From: Verrucomicrobiales bacterium
Lineage (GTDB): Bacteria > Verrucomicrobiota > Verrucomicrobiia > Limisphaerales > UBA11320
Length of the DNA stretch: 64,000 nt
Direction of reading: 5' to 3'
NCBI GenBank assembly: GCA_016793885.1
Contig: JAEUHE010000016.1
Coordinates: 2,984 to 66,983, forward strand
The translations under genes and the position numbers were made by a program. The notes under the pieces were generated by a model. That model was not told the origin of the DNA and did no database searches. It saw nothing but the letters and a program-made list of their open reading frames with translations. Of the stretch, positions 18,133 through 27,517 are shown in pieces; positions within the stretch are counted from its first letter, which is position 1; each line of letters starts with the position of its first letter.

Positions 18133-19599
18133 TTAGGTGACGGTTTGGATAATCTCCCGAACGATCCGAGCCGGTTGCCGATCGGTGAGGCTTAATTCGC
18201 GGCCGGCACGACGGTAGATGAGCTGGGTGTGATCCAGGCCGAACAGGTGAAGAAGGGTGGCATGGTAATCGTGATGGGTGACGATATCTTTGACCGCCTT
18301 GTGCCCCCACTCATCCGTTTCACCATACGTCATCCCTCCCCGGATGCCACCGCCCGCCAGCCACATGGTGAAGCCGTAGGTGTTGTGATCTCGGCCGACC
18401 TTTTCTCGGCCTAGGTCGTTTTGTATCACCGGGAGACGCCCCATTTCGCCACCCCAATGAACGAGGGTCGTGTCCAGCAATCCACGTGATTTGAGGTCGG
18501 CCACCAACGCCGCTGTGGGACGGTCGCTTCGGGCGCATAGATCGGGTAGCGCTTTAACCAGGCCGCTGTGCTGATCCCAGCTTTGTCCATTGTTGATGAT
18601 CTGAACAAAACGCACACCGCGCTCGACCAAGCGTCTCGCGATCAAACATCGGGTTCCGTAGTCGCGGGTCAGATCCTGATCGACGCCATACAGCTGTCGT
18701 GTGGCCTCGCTCTCACTCGAGATATCCATGGCCTCTTTTGCCGAGGTTTGCATCCGCGCGGCCAATTCGTAGCTGGCGATTCTGGCCTCCAGATCCAACT
18801 CGCCCGGGTGTTGGCGGAGGTGTTCCCGATTGATGTCTCGCAACAGTTCCAGCTGCCGCGCCTGGCCTGGTCCTTTGAGGTGGGGTGCGGGATCGAGATT
18901 TAGGATCCTTGGCTCCTGGGGTTTTACTGCCGCGCCCTGGTAGACTGAGGGCAGCCAACCGTTGGACCAATGGTGGTCAGCCAACTGGGGTGGTCCGCTG
19001 GGGTGAGTCAAGGTGATGTAGGCCGGCAGCTCCTGGCTTTCTGAGCCTAGTCCAAAGTTAATCCAACTGCCGAGCGTGGGAGCACCGGCGGTGATCCGTC
19101 CGCTGGCGAGGGCATACAGGGACTGCCCGTGATTGTTGACGCCGGTTTGCATGGAGCGCACCACACAAATCTCGTCCGCCACCGCCCCGAGGTGCGGCAG
19201 AAGGGTCGAAAGCTCGATGCCGCTCTGCCCATGCTTTTTAAACTCCCAAAGCCCCGGAAGCACCTTTGCACTGGCCTGTCCGGCGTTGTCGAACTTGAGC
19301 TCTCCAGGGAACTTGCGTCCTTCGTATTCCTTGAGCAACGGTTTGGGGTCGAACAGGTCGATGTGGCTCGGTCCTCCGACCATCAGGATCGAAATCATGG
19401 CGCGCGCGCGCGCTTGCCGGAGCGGAGGCTTCGGCTGCAGATCGTAACTGCGCGCTTCTAACTCCGGTCGCGCGGGTTCAGCGAGCAGTCCCTCCTCCTT
19501 CAACAGATAGGCCAGGGCGGCGGACCCGAGCCCAAACGCGCTGGCTTTCGCGAAGTGGCGTCGCGAACAAAGGCCGCTCGGAGGTGACGATGGTTTCAT
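18133..19599 (-). CDS. DUF1501 family protein (sulfatase/alkaline-phosphatase-like), Tat-signal type N-terminus
   Basis: ORF 18133..19866, trimmed to ATG 19599 (MKPSSPPSGLCSRRHFAKASAFGLGSAALAYLL). Conserved blocks are shared with the two paralogs in the window (LVHWGGEMGR..., GRDHN..., WLAGGG). Its start lies 1 nt after the stop of the upstream PSCyt gene. Confidence 0.9.
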   Translation of the reverse strand: MKPSSPPSGLCSRRHFAKASAFGLGSAALAYLLKEEGLLAEPARPELEARSYDLQPKPPLRQARARAMISILMVGGPSHIDLFDPKPLLKEYEGRKFPGELKFDNAGQASAKVLPGLWEFKKHGQSGIELSTLLPHLGAVADEICVVRSMQTGVNNHGQSLYALASGRITAGAPTLGSWINFGLGSESQELPAYITLTHPSGPPQLADHHWSNGWLPSVYQGAAVKPQEPRILNLDPAPHLKGPGQARQLELLRDINREHLRQHPGELDLEARIASYELAARMQTSAKEAMDISSESEATRQLYGVDQDLTRDYGTRCLIARRLVERGVRFVQIINNGQSWDQHSGLVKALPDLCARSDRPTAALVADLKSRGLLDTTLVHWGGEMGRLPVIQNDLGREKVGRDHNTYGFTMWLAGGGIRGGMTYGETDEWGHKAVKDIVTHHDYHATLLHLFGLDHTQLIYRRAGRELSLTDRQPARIVREIIQTVT

Positions 19600-19600
19600 A

Positions 19601-22273
19601 TTAGTCCAAATACAGAAAACGGTTCGAGCCAGCCAAGGCTTGGCACAGGCTGGCGAACGCCGCGAGTGAGGGATCTTCACCTCCTGAGCTGACGGTTTTG
19701 GAGTCGGCTTTGGTTGAGAAGCGGGCGAGCGCTTGCGCTCGGAGAATCTCGGTTTGCTCCGCCAGATAGACCAGCGCTTTCTGAACTTCTGACGAGCTGG
19801 GTGCCTGAGCGAACAGGCGTCGCCAGAGCAGCTCCACCTGCTGCCGCATATCGCCCGGCAACTCACGACGCGTCCGCTCAGCCAGGTCCAGGGATCTATC
19901 CAGCACGAACCGATCGTTTAGAAACATCAATGATTGAGCAGGGATGGTAGAGACGGCGCGTACCTCGCAATTAGGGGATAAGGCGGCGGTGTCGAAGGTC
20001 TCCATAACTCCCACCGGCATGCTGCGGCGTACTTGGATGTAAATGCTGCGACGGAACTCCGGGCTGCCGGCCGCCGTCCCTTCGGACCCCGGTTCCTTGG
20101 GCGGGGCGGCGACTACAAACTGCCCTTGGGGACTGACGGTCACCGGGGTCGGCGCGCCATACAAATTCGTATTCATGCGTCCGCTGACGAAGAGTAGCGC
20201 ATCGCGAAGACTTTCCGACGGAAGTCGTCGCAGCCGCTGACGCCCGATCAGACGATTGTCGGGATCGGCTGCCTGCGCTGCCGGGTGGATCGATGCTTGA
20301 CGATAGGCAGCACTCCTCAGAATGGTTCGATGCAGCTGCTTGAGGCTCCAGCCATGGTTGATCAACTCGGAGGCCAGCCAATCGAGCAGCTCGGGATGGG
20401 AGGGACGTTCGCCTAAACTCCCGAAATCGGCCAGAGTGCCAACAATACCCGCGCCAAAGTAGTGATGCCAGACCCGGTTCACGAGAACCCTGGCGACCAG
20501 GGGATTCGATCCGTCGGTCAATTCCCGGGCGAAGCGGAGCCGACGCCCCGTCGTTTTCCGTACGGTGTTGGTGTCTCGGTGGTCCATCTCCGTGGAGGCC
20601 CTTTGCAGAACGGTCAGTCCACCCGGTTCAATTGGCTCGCGAGGCTGTTGGTGATCGCCCCGATGAAACAGGAAAGTGGTGGGGGTGGATTTGGGCTCCT
20701 CGATCAGGCAATGAACACGAGGGTCTTCGGGTTTTAAGGCGCGCAGTTCCGTTGCGCGTTTGCGAATCTCCTCCACACGTTTGGCACCAGCCGCGTTAAC
20801 TTCCCCCAGAATAATATGATCCTGAAAGGTGGGAAACTCCCGGAGTAGACGCCGGTGCTCGTCGCTTCGCTTGTCGGCTGGGGTCCGGCGAGCGCCGATC
20901 ACCGCTTCCTTCAGTTCTGCCGGAACCAATTCCAACTGCTTTTGGACGAACTCCTCGATCAGGTCGTCGTGCACTCGGTTTGCTTCGGTGTCGATCACCT
21001 GCGCGGCTCGTTCGATGCAGGCAGCTTGGTGACGATCCTCCGCCGCCATCAAGGACACCAAGCGATCGTTCGGGTTCTTCCAGTGCTTCCAATCGAAGGC
21101 GGGCTCGAGGATGGCCCGCAAGCGATAGTAATCGGACTGAGGGATGGGATCGTAGCGATGGTCGTGACACTGGGCACAGTGCACCGTCAAGCCCAGGAGC
21201 GAGGTCGACACGATCTGCAGGGTGTCAGCGATGACCTGGTTCTTCGCCAGATCCGCATCGGGCGGACCATCTCCCGTGGGGTCGGGCGCCAGCCGTAGAA
21301 ATCCGGTGGCGATTAAGCAGTCCAGAGCCTCCCCCTTCAGTTCGCCGTAAGGCCCCTGGATGAGTTCGTCGCCCGCCAGTTGTTCGGTGATAAACCGATT
21401 CCAGGGTTTGTCAGTGTTTAGGCTGCGGATGACGTAGTCGCGATACCGCCAGGCCCAGGGACGCTCAGAGTCGGCCTCGGCTCCTCCGTTGGAGTCGGCA
21501 TACCCGGCCACATCCAGCCAGTGTCGTGCCCAGGCTTCCCCGTAGCGGGGCGATGCCAAAAGCCGCTCGATCAGTCGGTCGTACGCGACCGGCGAAGAGT
21601 CAGCCAGGAAGGCGTCGACCTCCTCTGGCGTGGGCGGCAGACCGGTGAGGTCGAAGGTCACTCTGCGGATCAGGCTCGAACGGCTCGCCTCCGGCGCGAA
21701 GCCCAAGCCCCGCAGCTTCAGCTTTTGCAGCAGGAAGGAGTCGATGGCCTCCAGCGGTTCCCCCGGCCGGGAAACAGCCGGCGGATCGACCCGCTTGACG
21801 GGCTGAAAGGACCAAAAACCCCGCTCCTCCTCGGTAATGTAATACTTCGGAACCTGCTCTGGCTCCGCCCGCAAGGTCGGCGCTCCGGAGGCGATCCAGC
21901 GTCTCAGCGTCTCGACCTCGGCCGGAGAGAGCTTCTTTTCTCCTTTGGGCATGGTTCCCGCGGTGACCATCTTGAGAAGCACACTCTCGTCGGGTTTCCC
22001 GGGCGTCAGCACGGTCCCTGAATCGCTCTCGGTCAGCATCAGTCGTCGCAGCCGCAGATCTACCCCTCCTTTGAGCGTTTCCCCCTCACCATGGCAATGG
22101 AAGCAGTGAGATTTGAGAATCGGCCTGACGTCCCGTTCAAAGCTCAAATCGGCCGACGAAGTGACGGCCGATCCGTGCAGTCCGCAGCTCAGCCAGATCA
22201 GGGCCACCGCACTCCCTAGAGCCGTCGGAATCGGACCAAGGCGGCCAGCGATGTCATCCGGGGGAGTGGGCAT
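19601..22273 (-). CDS. PSCyt1 / DUF1549 / DUF1553 (PSD1) haem-motif protein
   Basis: N-terminal CFHCHG (CxxCH). DUF1549-type AWARHWLDVAGYADSNG. DUF1553-type CAQCHDHRYDP. The C-terminal ...SNRFLYLD tail matches the ends of the two paralogs. Confidence 0.9.
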   Translation of the reverse strand: MPTPPDDIAGRLGPIPTALGSAVALIWLSCGLHGSAVTSSADLSFERDVRPILKSHCFHCHGEGETLKGGVDLRLRRLMLTESDSGTVLTPGKPDESVLLKMVTAGTMPKGEKKLSPAEVETLRRWIASGAPTLRAEPEQVPKYYITEEERGFWSFQPVKRVDPPAVSRPGEPLEAIDSFLLQKLKLRGLGFAPEASRSSLIRRVTFDLTGLPPTPEEVDAFLADSSPVAYDRLIERLLASPRYGEAWARHWLDVAGYADSNGGAEADSERPWAWRYRDYVIRSLNTDKPWNRFITEQLAGDELIQGPYGELKGEALDCLIATGFLRLAPDPTGDGPPDADLAKNQVIADTLQIVSTSLLGLTVHCAQCHDHRYDPIPQSDYYRLRAILEPAFDWKHWKNPNDRLVSLMAAEDRHQAACIERAAQVIDTEANRVHDDLIEEFVQKQLELVPAELKEAVIGARRTPADKRSDEHRRLLREFPTFQDHIILGEVNAAGAKRVEEIRKRATELRALKPEDPRVHCLIEEPKSTPTTFLFHRGDHQQPREPIEPGGLTVLQRASTEMDHRDTNTVRKTTGRRLRFARELTDGSNPLVARVLVNRVWHHYFGAGIVGTLADFGSLGERPSHPELLDWLASELINHGWSLKQLHRTILRSAAYRQASIHPAAQAADPDNRLIGRQRLRRLPSESLRDALLFVSGRMNTNLYGAPTPVTVSPQGQFVVAAPPKEPGSEGTAAGSPEFRRSIYIQVRRSMPVGVMETFDTAALSPNCEVRAVSTIPAQSLMFLNDRFVLDRSLDLAERTRRELPGDMRQQVELLWRRLFAQAPSSSEVQKALVYLAEQTEILRAQALARFSTKADSKTVSSGGEDPSLAAFASLCQALAGSNRFLYLD

Positions 22274-22306
22274 GGCGGTGGATCGGTGGGTGCTTCGCAG
22301 GGGGGA

Positions 22307-23692
22307 TTACTTGCCCGTGCGCTGGATCACTTCCTCTGGTTTAAGCTGTTTGTCGCCGGCGAGGGGATGCTTCACGGATGGTTGAGCCTGGGCGTATTCC
22401 TCGGCAGTAACGCTGCGGGCGTCATGCATGAACACACAGGTTCCCTTCTTATTCCCAATGATCAGGTCGGGTAAACTATCGCCATTCACGTCAGCCACCC
22501 CGATTTGACGTCCGACCCCCGCGTCCCCGTCAATCAAATGTGGCACCCAATCGATTTCTCCTTGCGGACCGCGCACCAGCCGGAACCAGTAGAGCACCGC
22601 GGGCGCTCCTGGGTCGGGATCCCCGGTCGGTCCGTGCGCCCAGAAGCACTTCCCGGTGACGATATCCTTGAGGCCATCGCCATCGATGTCGACCAACTCC
22701 ACGGCGTGAAGCTGCGAGAAAGCAATGCCGTAGCGGTTTTCCGTGAGCTCCTTGTTCATGAACACGTGGGCCTTAAACTGAGGCCCACCGCTGGCATCCT
22801 TCTCGGCCAGTTGCTCGTACCATCCCAGGCCGTAGCCATGCGCGGCGATGCTCGTGATCACGTCGTTCCGGCCATCCCCATTGACATCGTAGGCAAACAT
22901 CTGAGCTCCACCCCCCGGACTGAAGGCGACCTCGTGACGCGGCCAAAGGGTGGAGGCGGACCCGCCGGCGGGCTGCTCCCACCAGCCGCCGCGTTCCAGA
23001 ATATCCAATCGGCCGTCCCCATTGACGTCCCCGATCCCCAAGCCATGGTTGAAATTACCCCACGGCCCTTTTCCTGACACCGAGACGAACGGCCATTTGG
23101 CGGTGCTGTTGTTCCAGTCGGGAGACGCGTAGCCAAAGGTTCCCTTGGAGTTGCACAGGATCTCTGGTTTTCCGTCCCCAGTCAGGTCGGCGAACGTGGG
23201 AGATTCATTATCGACGGCATCAAACACCGCATGGCGAATCCAATGGCGTTCGGCGCCCTGAGGATTCAGATAGAGATAGGCGGGCGTTCCTGGAAGACCA
23301 TAGGTCAGCACATCGTTCCAGCCGTCGGCATTGAAGTCATGGACGAAGGAGAAGAAGTTGTCTTGTGAATAGGAGTTCTTTTTTCCGAGGGCGCCTTCGA
23401 AACCGGGCACCCGTTCGATGGTGCCGTTCGGGCGTTTGAGGTTGAAGGTCGCCTTGGCCGGATAGAACTCGTGTCGTTGAATAAACTGAGGCCCCTCCCA
23501 CCAATACGGCCCGGAAATCGCATCCAACTTGCCATCGCGATTCAGATCCCCGAAGGTCGCCCCTTCGCTCCAATAGTAGTGATCCAACTGCAGCTTGTTG
23601 AAGAGATGCAACGTGGGTGTCGCGGCTCCGGACGCTGAGAGAGCCAGCAGTGTCAAGCCTAGGGCGGACTTGAAGATCAGGGCGGGTGTCAT
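22307..23692 (-). CDS. FG-GAP/VCBS repeat beta-propeller protein (exported)
   Basis: ORF 22307..23869, trimmed to ATG 23692 (MTPALIFKSALGLTLLALSASGAA signal-like). There are seven DxDGDG-type repeats (DLNRDGKLDAI, DFNADGWNDVL, DLTGDGKPEIL, DVNGDGRLDIL, DVNGDGRNDVI, DIDGDGLKDIV, DVNGDSLPDLI). Confidence 0.85.
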   Translation of the reverse strand: MTPALIFKSALGLTLLALSASGAATPTLHLFNKLQLDHYYWSEGATFGDLNRDGKLDAISGPYWWEGPQFIQRHEFYPAKATFNLKRPNGTIERVPGFEGALGKKNSYSQDNFFSFVHDFNADGWNDVLTYGLPGTPAYLYLNPQGAERHWIRHAVFDAVDNESPTFADLTGDGKPEILCNSKGTFGYASPDWNNSTAKWPFVSVSGKGPWGNFNHGLGIGDVNGDGRLDILERGGWWEQPAGGSASTLWPRHEVAFSPGGGAQMFAYDVNGDGRNDVITSIAAHGYGLGWYEQLAEKDASGGPQFKAHVFMNKELTENRYGIAFSQLHAVELVDIDGDGLKDIVTGKCFWAHGPTGDPDPGAPAVLYWFRLVRGPQGEIDWVPHLIDGDAGVGRQIGVADVNGDSLPDLIIGNKKGTCVFMHDARSVTAEEYAQAQPSVKHPLAGDKQLKPEEVIQRTGK

Positions 23693-23753
23693 GTCCTGTT
23701 TCTCGCAGGGCAGGGGACATCCGTCAACGCTGTTGTCTGAGGGTGTTGTCGTC

Positions 23754-23771
23754 GGGGGGGGACAGGGGGGG
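23754..23771. repeat. Homopolymer tract G8-ACA-G7 (C-runs on the coding strand of the downstream gene)
   Basis: Read directly from the sequence. It lies 61 nt upstream of ATG 23692. Function is unknown. Confidence 0.6.
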
Positions 23772-23818
23772 TGTGATAAAACGTGGGTGAGGGCGGATCT
23801 GAACCAACCCGGTTTCTC

Positions 23819-24300
23819 GACTCCGTCGGGTCCGCTACAGCGGCAGAGGCCCCTCCGCATTACCTCCAAGAATCAGGACTAGACAAGCTGGGCAGCGCCG
23901 ACGTTTCTCACTTCGTTGGCGGGACTCCGAACCCGCAGGGTTCAAAGAGATTTAGCCGGGGGTGCTCGCACCCCCGGAACTGTTAAAAGTAGGGAGCATC
24001 GCGCAGCGATGCCACCGCCTCCTGAGAGTGCGTCACCCGACTCAAGGAACCTAATCCGTTCGTCAGACCGTTCGCCGACGGGTGGCACGCCTTTCAGGGT
24101 GCTGTTGAATAGGGGGCCGACAGACCGGGGGTGTCGCTGCGCTCCACGCCCCGGCTAATCTTTTTGAACCCTGCGGGTTCTCGGTTTCGGCCCCCCGGAA
24201 CTCATTCGAAGAAGTGAGGATCCCCTACACCCTGCTTAGTCCCAATTCTTGGAGGTAAAGCGGAGAGCCCTCTGCCGCTTTTGTTCCTCCCGACGGAGTC
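23819..24300. repeat. 482-bp nested imperfect inverted repeat composed of palindromic REP-like units
   Basis: The outer arms, GACTCCGTCGGG...GCGGCAGAGG..CTCCGC.TTACCTCCAAGAAT..GGACTA (23819..~23885), pair with the reverse complement of ~24228..24300. The inner arms, CCGAACCCGCAGGGTTCAAAGAGATTTAGCCGGGG (~23927..23960), pair with CCCCGGCTAATCTTTTTGAACCCTGCGGGTTCTCGG (~24149..24184). Each arm also carries local hairpins (GAACCC-GCA-GGGTTC; CCGGGGG-TGCTCGCA-CCCCCGG). Confidence 0.65.
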
Positions 24301-24328
24301 GGGATCCGCCGATCTTGCTCGCCCCACT

Positions 24329-25102
24329 CTAACTCACGCCCGGGGCGTCCTCAGCCCCGGTTGGCCATTGGTCCATTGGCTTCCAGCCCAGCAGTGCCTG
24401 GGCTGGAAGGATGTCGAAGATGGGACGTCGGATGGGGCGGCTGGTCGCGTAAAGTAGATGGAAGCCCTGCGGCACATCCGCCTCCACGGTGCGTTGAAAA
24501 AACCTCCCGGCATCGCCCGGGCTGAAATAGAGATCCTGGGCGGTCTCGTTGCGTAGGAAATCATCGGCTTGGCCGCGTCGCGGGCACCATCCCAGGCGAA
24601 TTGCGATGACCGTTGCTCCGCAGTTCTGAGCGTAGCTGAACCCGGCTGATTCCATGAACATCTTGGTCGCCGCATACCAATGTCGCGGGGTGACCGGATC
24701 CTGGGTTGTGATGGGCAGGGCCCCGTGGTATTGCTGCCTCCAGTTGACCTGTCCCGAACTGGCCAGGATCACGCGACGCACGCCGCTCGTGCGGGCCGCC
24801 TCAAGCACGTGGTAGAGGCCAATGATGTTGTTGGGTACCAGATCTCCCAGGAATCCTTCCGGCCCCTCGACATCATCGGGGGTGGCGGCGAGATGAATCA
24901 GCGTGCTGACCCCCTGAACCGCCTCTTGGAGGAGCTCGGGCTGGGACAAATTGCCCTGGATGAAATGGCTCAGCGGCAACCCGGGACGGAGATCGAATCC
25001 CCGCACCAAGTGTCCGGCGGCCATCAATGCCTGCGCTGCCGCAGTTCCCAGTCGGCCTGAGGAACCGGTGATTAGCACCAGATCGGTGTCGGCTTTGCTC
25101 AT
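24329..25102 (-). CDS. NAD(P)-dependent epimerase/dehydratase (SDR superfamily)
   Basis: N-terminal LVLITGSSGRLG Rossmann motif; 257 aa; ATG start. Confidence 0.85.
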   Translation of the reverse strand: MSKADTDLVLITGSSGRLGTAAAQALMAAGHLVRGFDLRPGLPLSHFIQGNLSQPELLQEAVQGVSTLIHLAATPDDVEGPEGFLGDLVPNNIIGLYHVLEAARTSGVRRVILASSGQVNWRQQYHGALPITTQDPVTPRHWYAATKMFMESAGFSYAQNCGATVIAIRLGWCPRRGQADDFLRNETAQDLYFSPGDAGRFFQRTVEADVPQGFHLLYATSRPIRRPIFDILPAQALLGWKPMDQWPTGAEDAPGVS

Positions 25103-25157
25103 AGCGAGAAGCGGGGACGATCGTGCGTCCGGAAGAACAGTTGCGGGCGGACCCGAG

Positions 25158-26216
25158 TTATTCCTGCTTGAGCAACTTCTCGACCCTTTCCTCCAGGCCC
25201 TCTCGCGCTTCCATGCTCACCAACATTCCCTTTTTGTCGACCAGCCACATGGTGGGAATGGAATCGATGCCAAAGCGCTGGCCGAACTTGTTCTGCCAGC
25301 CTTTTCCGTCGAAGTACTGCGGCCAGGTCATCTCCTTCGCTTTGGTGACGGACAGAAGCTTCTCCTTGTCCTGATCGAACGACAATCCGATGATCTCAAA
25401 TCCCTTGGAATTTAGTTTCTTGTAGGCGGCCACCACGTTCGGAAGCTCCACCATGCACGGACCACACCAGGTAGCCCAAAAATCGATGAGCACCACCTTC
25501 CCGCGCATCTTGCTGAGGTCGATCTCTTTTCCATCGACGGAGGTAAACTTGATGTCGAGCGGCTTGGTCTTCAGCTCGGACATTGTTTTCACCTTTTCGA
25601 GTTGTTGCTCGGCCACCTCGGCCAGGGCTGGATACTCGCTCTTGGTCAAAGCCTCGATTTTCTTCTGCGCGCCTGCTTCATCCAAAGCGACAATGGCCTC
25701 GATGTACCATCGGGTGAAGAAGGAGTTCTCCTCAAACTTAGGGAACTTCTTGAGGTGGGCCATCAGGCTGTCCTTGAATTCATCGAGCGTCGCCTTTTTC
25801 TCTTGGAGCTTGCTATAAATAAAGCTGAGCAAGAACCCGTTAGCGCGCGCACGAACCTCTTCGGAGGCATCGCTGGCCTCGACTACTTCCGTGAGAATGG
25901 TCTTGGCCTGCTTCTCGCTATCCTCGGCTTCGGACCGGGCGGCAGCCACGGCGTCGAGCAGCCGAAGCTTCCAGCGCAGCGGATCTTTGGGGAACTTCTC
26001 GAGGAAATCCTTTTTGGCTGCGGCCAACACCTTCGCCTGCTTGACCGGATCGCGCTCGCGGAAGAAGTCCCGTTCGATACCGGACAATATTTCCTCGGGG
26101 TCCTGGTCGCTGGTTGCCTTGGCCTTAGCCTTGTCGTCAGCCTCCGCGGCGAACGCTATGGACGGCGCCGTAAGGAGTGAGAGCATGAGTGCGAAAACCG
26201 TCCATTTTAATTTCAT
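25158..26216 (-). CDS. TlpA/ResA-like periplasmic thiol:disulfide oxidoreductase with an N-terminal helical extension
   Basis: Signal peptide MKLKWTVFALMLSLLTAPSIAFA. The C-terminal thioredoxin fold carries WATWCGPC. Confidence 0.85.
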   Translation of the reverse strand: MKLKWTVFALMLSLLTAPSIAFAAEADDKAKAKATSDQDPEEILSGIERDFFRERDPVKQAKVLAAAKKDFLEKFPKDPLRWKLRLLDAVAAARSEAEDSEKQAKTILTEVVEASDASEEVRARANGFLLSFIYSKLQEKKATLDEFKDSLMAHLKKFPKFEENSFFTRWYIEAIVALDEAGAQKKIEALTKSEYPALAEVAEQQLEKVKTMSELKTKPLDIKFTSVDGKEIDLSKMRGKVVLIDFWATWCGPCMVELPNVVAAYKKLNSKGFEIIGLSFDQDKEKLLSVTKAKEMTWPQYFDGKGWQNKFGQRFGIDSIPTMWLVDKKGMLVSMEAREGLEERVEKLLKQE

Positions 26217-26533
26217 ACGAGTCCTTGGTTAGCCGGAAATGGGACCGGAAGCAAGCCTTGGTTGGGAGGGAGATAGGGAGATCGGGTGCGACTTGAAAGG
26301 GAATCGTCACGGCGGTAGGGCGAGATTCCACTCGAGCCGCGATCGGCCCTAGGGTAGCGAACGGGGCAGGGGCTGCGTCCCGGAGAGCCGAAGTGGAGAC
26401 GATCGCTCACCGGCCCTCGCGGGGTTGCCCCCTTGGGTCTCCTGAGCATGGGGCAGGAATGGGCTCGAACAGAGTCTCTCCCTACCTTGTCCTGCCGAGC
26501 ACGGTTGACGGGGGGCTTGGCACCCGATAGCAC

Positions 26534-27517
26534 ATGCCGGTGCCGTTGATCGAATCCAGTTACGAGCCTCCTTGGTTGTTGCGCAACGGTCATGCCCATA
26601 CGGTTTACCCTGCGATGCGCAGGCGGATTTCTGACGTGACCTACCAGCGGGAGCGGCTCGAGTTGCCGGATGGCGATTTCATCGACTTGGATTGGGCGCG
26701 GGTGGGGGGCGCACGGCTGGTGGTGGTGGCGCACGGGCTCGAGGGCTCCTCTCAGGGCGGCTATGTCCGGGGAATGGTGCGGGCGTTTAATCGACGGGGC
26801 TGGGATGCGGTGGCCATGAATTTTCGAGGCTGCAGCGGCGAACCCAATCGGTTGCTCCGATTCTATCATAGCGGGGTGTCCGACGACCTGGGCTTGGTGG
26901 TCCAGCATGTCTCAGGGCCGGGAACTTACGCCGGCGTGGGATTGGTGGGCTTTAGCCTTGGTGGAAATGTGACCCTCAAGTATGTCGGGGAGTTGGGGGA
27001 GTTGGTGCCATCCTGGCTGGTCGGGGCCGTGGCGATCTCGGTTCCTTGCGATTTGAAAGCCTCTGCCCGAGCGATGTCGGGGGCTGCTCAGCGTCCCTAT
27101 ATGGCGAGGTTTATCTCGGACCTCCACCTGAAGCTCAAAGCTAAGCAGGCTCGTTTTCCTAAGCAGCTCGATGACACCGGCTACTCGGAGCTGAGGACCT
27201 TCAAGGACTTTGATGACCGCTACACCGCCCCCATTCACGGATTCGCGGATGCGGAGGACTACTGGGCCAAATCCAGTTCGCGGTTTCTGATGCCTGCCAT
27301 TCGCTGCCGCTCACTCCTGCTCAATGCGCTGGATGACCCATTTCTGGCGGATGAGTGCTTTCCTGTCGAGCTGGCGCGAAGCCACCACTGGCTTCACTTG
27401 GAAACCCCGTCTCGCGGCGGGCACGTTGGATTTGTCGGCAGCGGGTTGCTGCCGGACGAATACTACAGTGAACGCCGTGCCCTCGAGTTTCTGGGCGCGA
27501 CTGCTCAGCCCGGTTAG
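26534..27517 (+). CDS. Alpha/beta hydrolase, YheT-like (COG0429-type)
   Basis: [15 protein letters not shown]..., [12 protein letters not shown]..., FYHSGVSDD..., and the nucleophile elbow VGFSLGGN. Confidence 0.85.
   Translation: MPVPLIESSYEPPWLLRNGHAHTVYPAMRRRISDVTYQRERLELPDGDFIDLDWARVGGARLVVVAHGLEGSSQGGYVRGMVRAFNRRGWDAVAMNFRGCSGEPNRLLRFYHSGVSDDLGLVVQHVSGPGTYAGVGLVGFSLGGNVTLKYVGELGELVPSWLVGAVAISVPCDLKASARAMSGAAQRPYMARFISDLHLKLKAKQARFPKQLDDTGYSELRTFKDFDDRYTAPIHGFADAEDYWAKSSSRFLMPAIRCRSLLLNALDDPFLADECFPVELARSHHWLHLETPSRGGHVGFVGSGLLPDEYYSERRALEFLGATAQPG

Noticed and set aside
23916-24158. 80-aa ORF inside the 482-bp inverted-repeat element
   Set aside because: It spans palindromic repeat units, has an Arg/Pro/Gly-rich composition and has no start context. 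This is typical of spurious ORFs generated by REP-like sequences.
27514-27517. Convergent overlap of the hydrolase stop (TAG 27515..27517) and the acnA stop (TAA on the minus strand, 27516..27514)
   Set aside because: This is a compact convergent gene arrangement and is not unusual. I identified no hairpin or regulatory structure.
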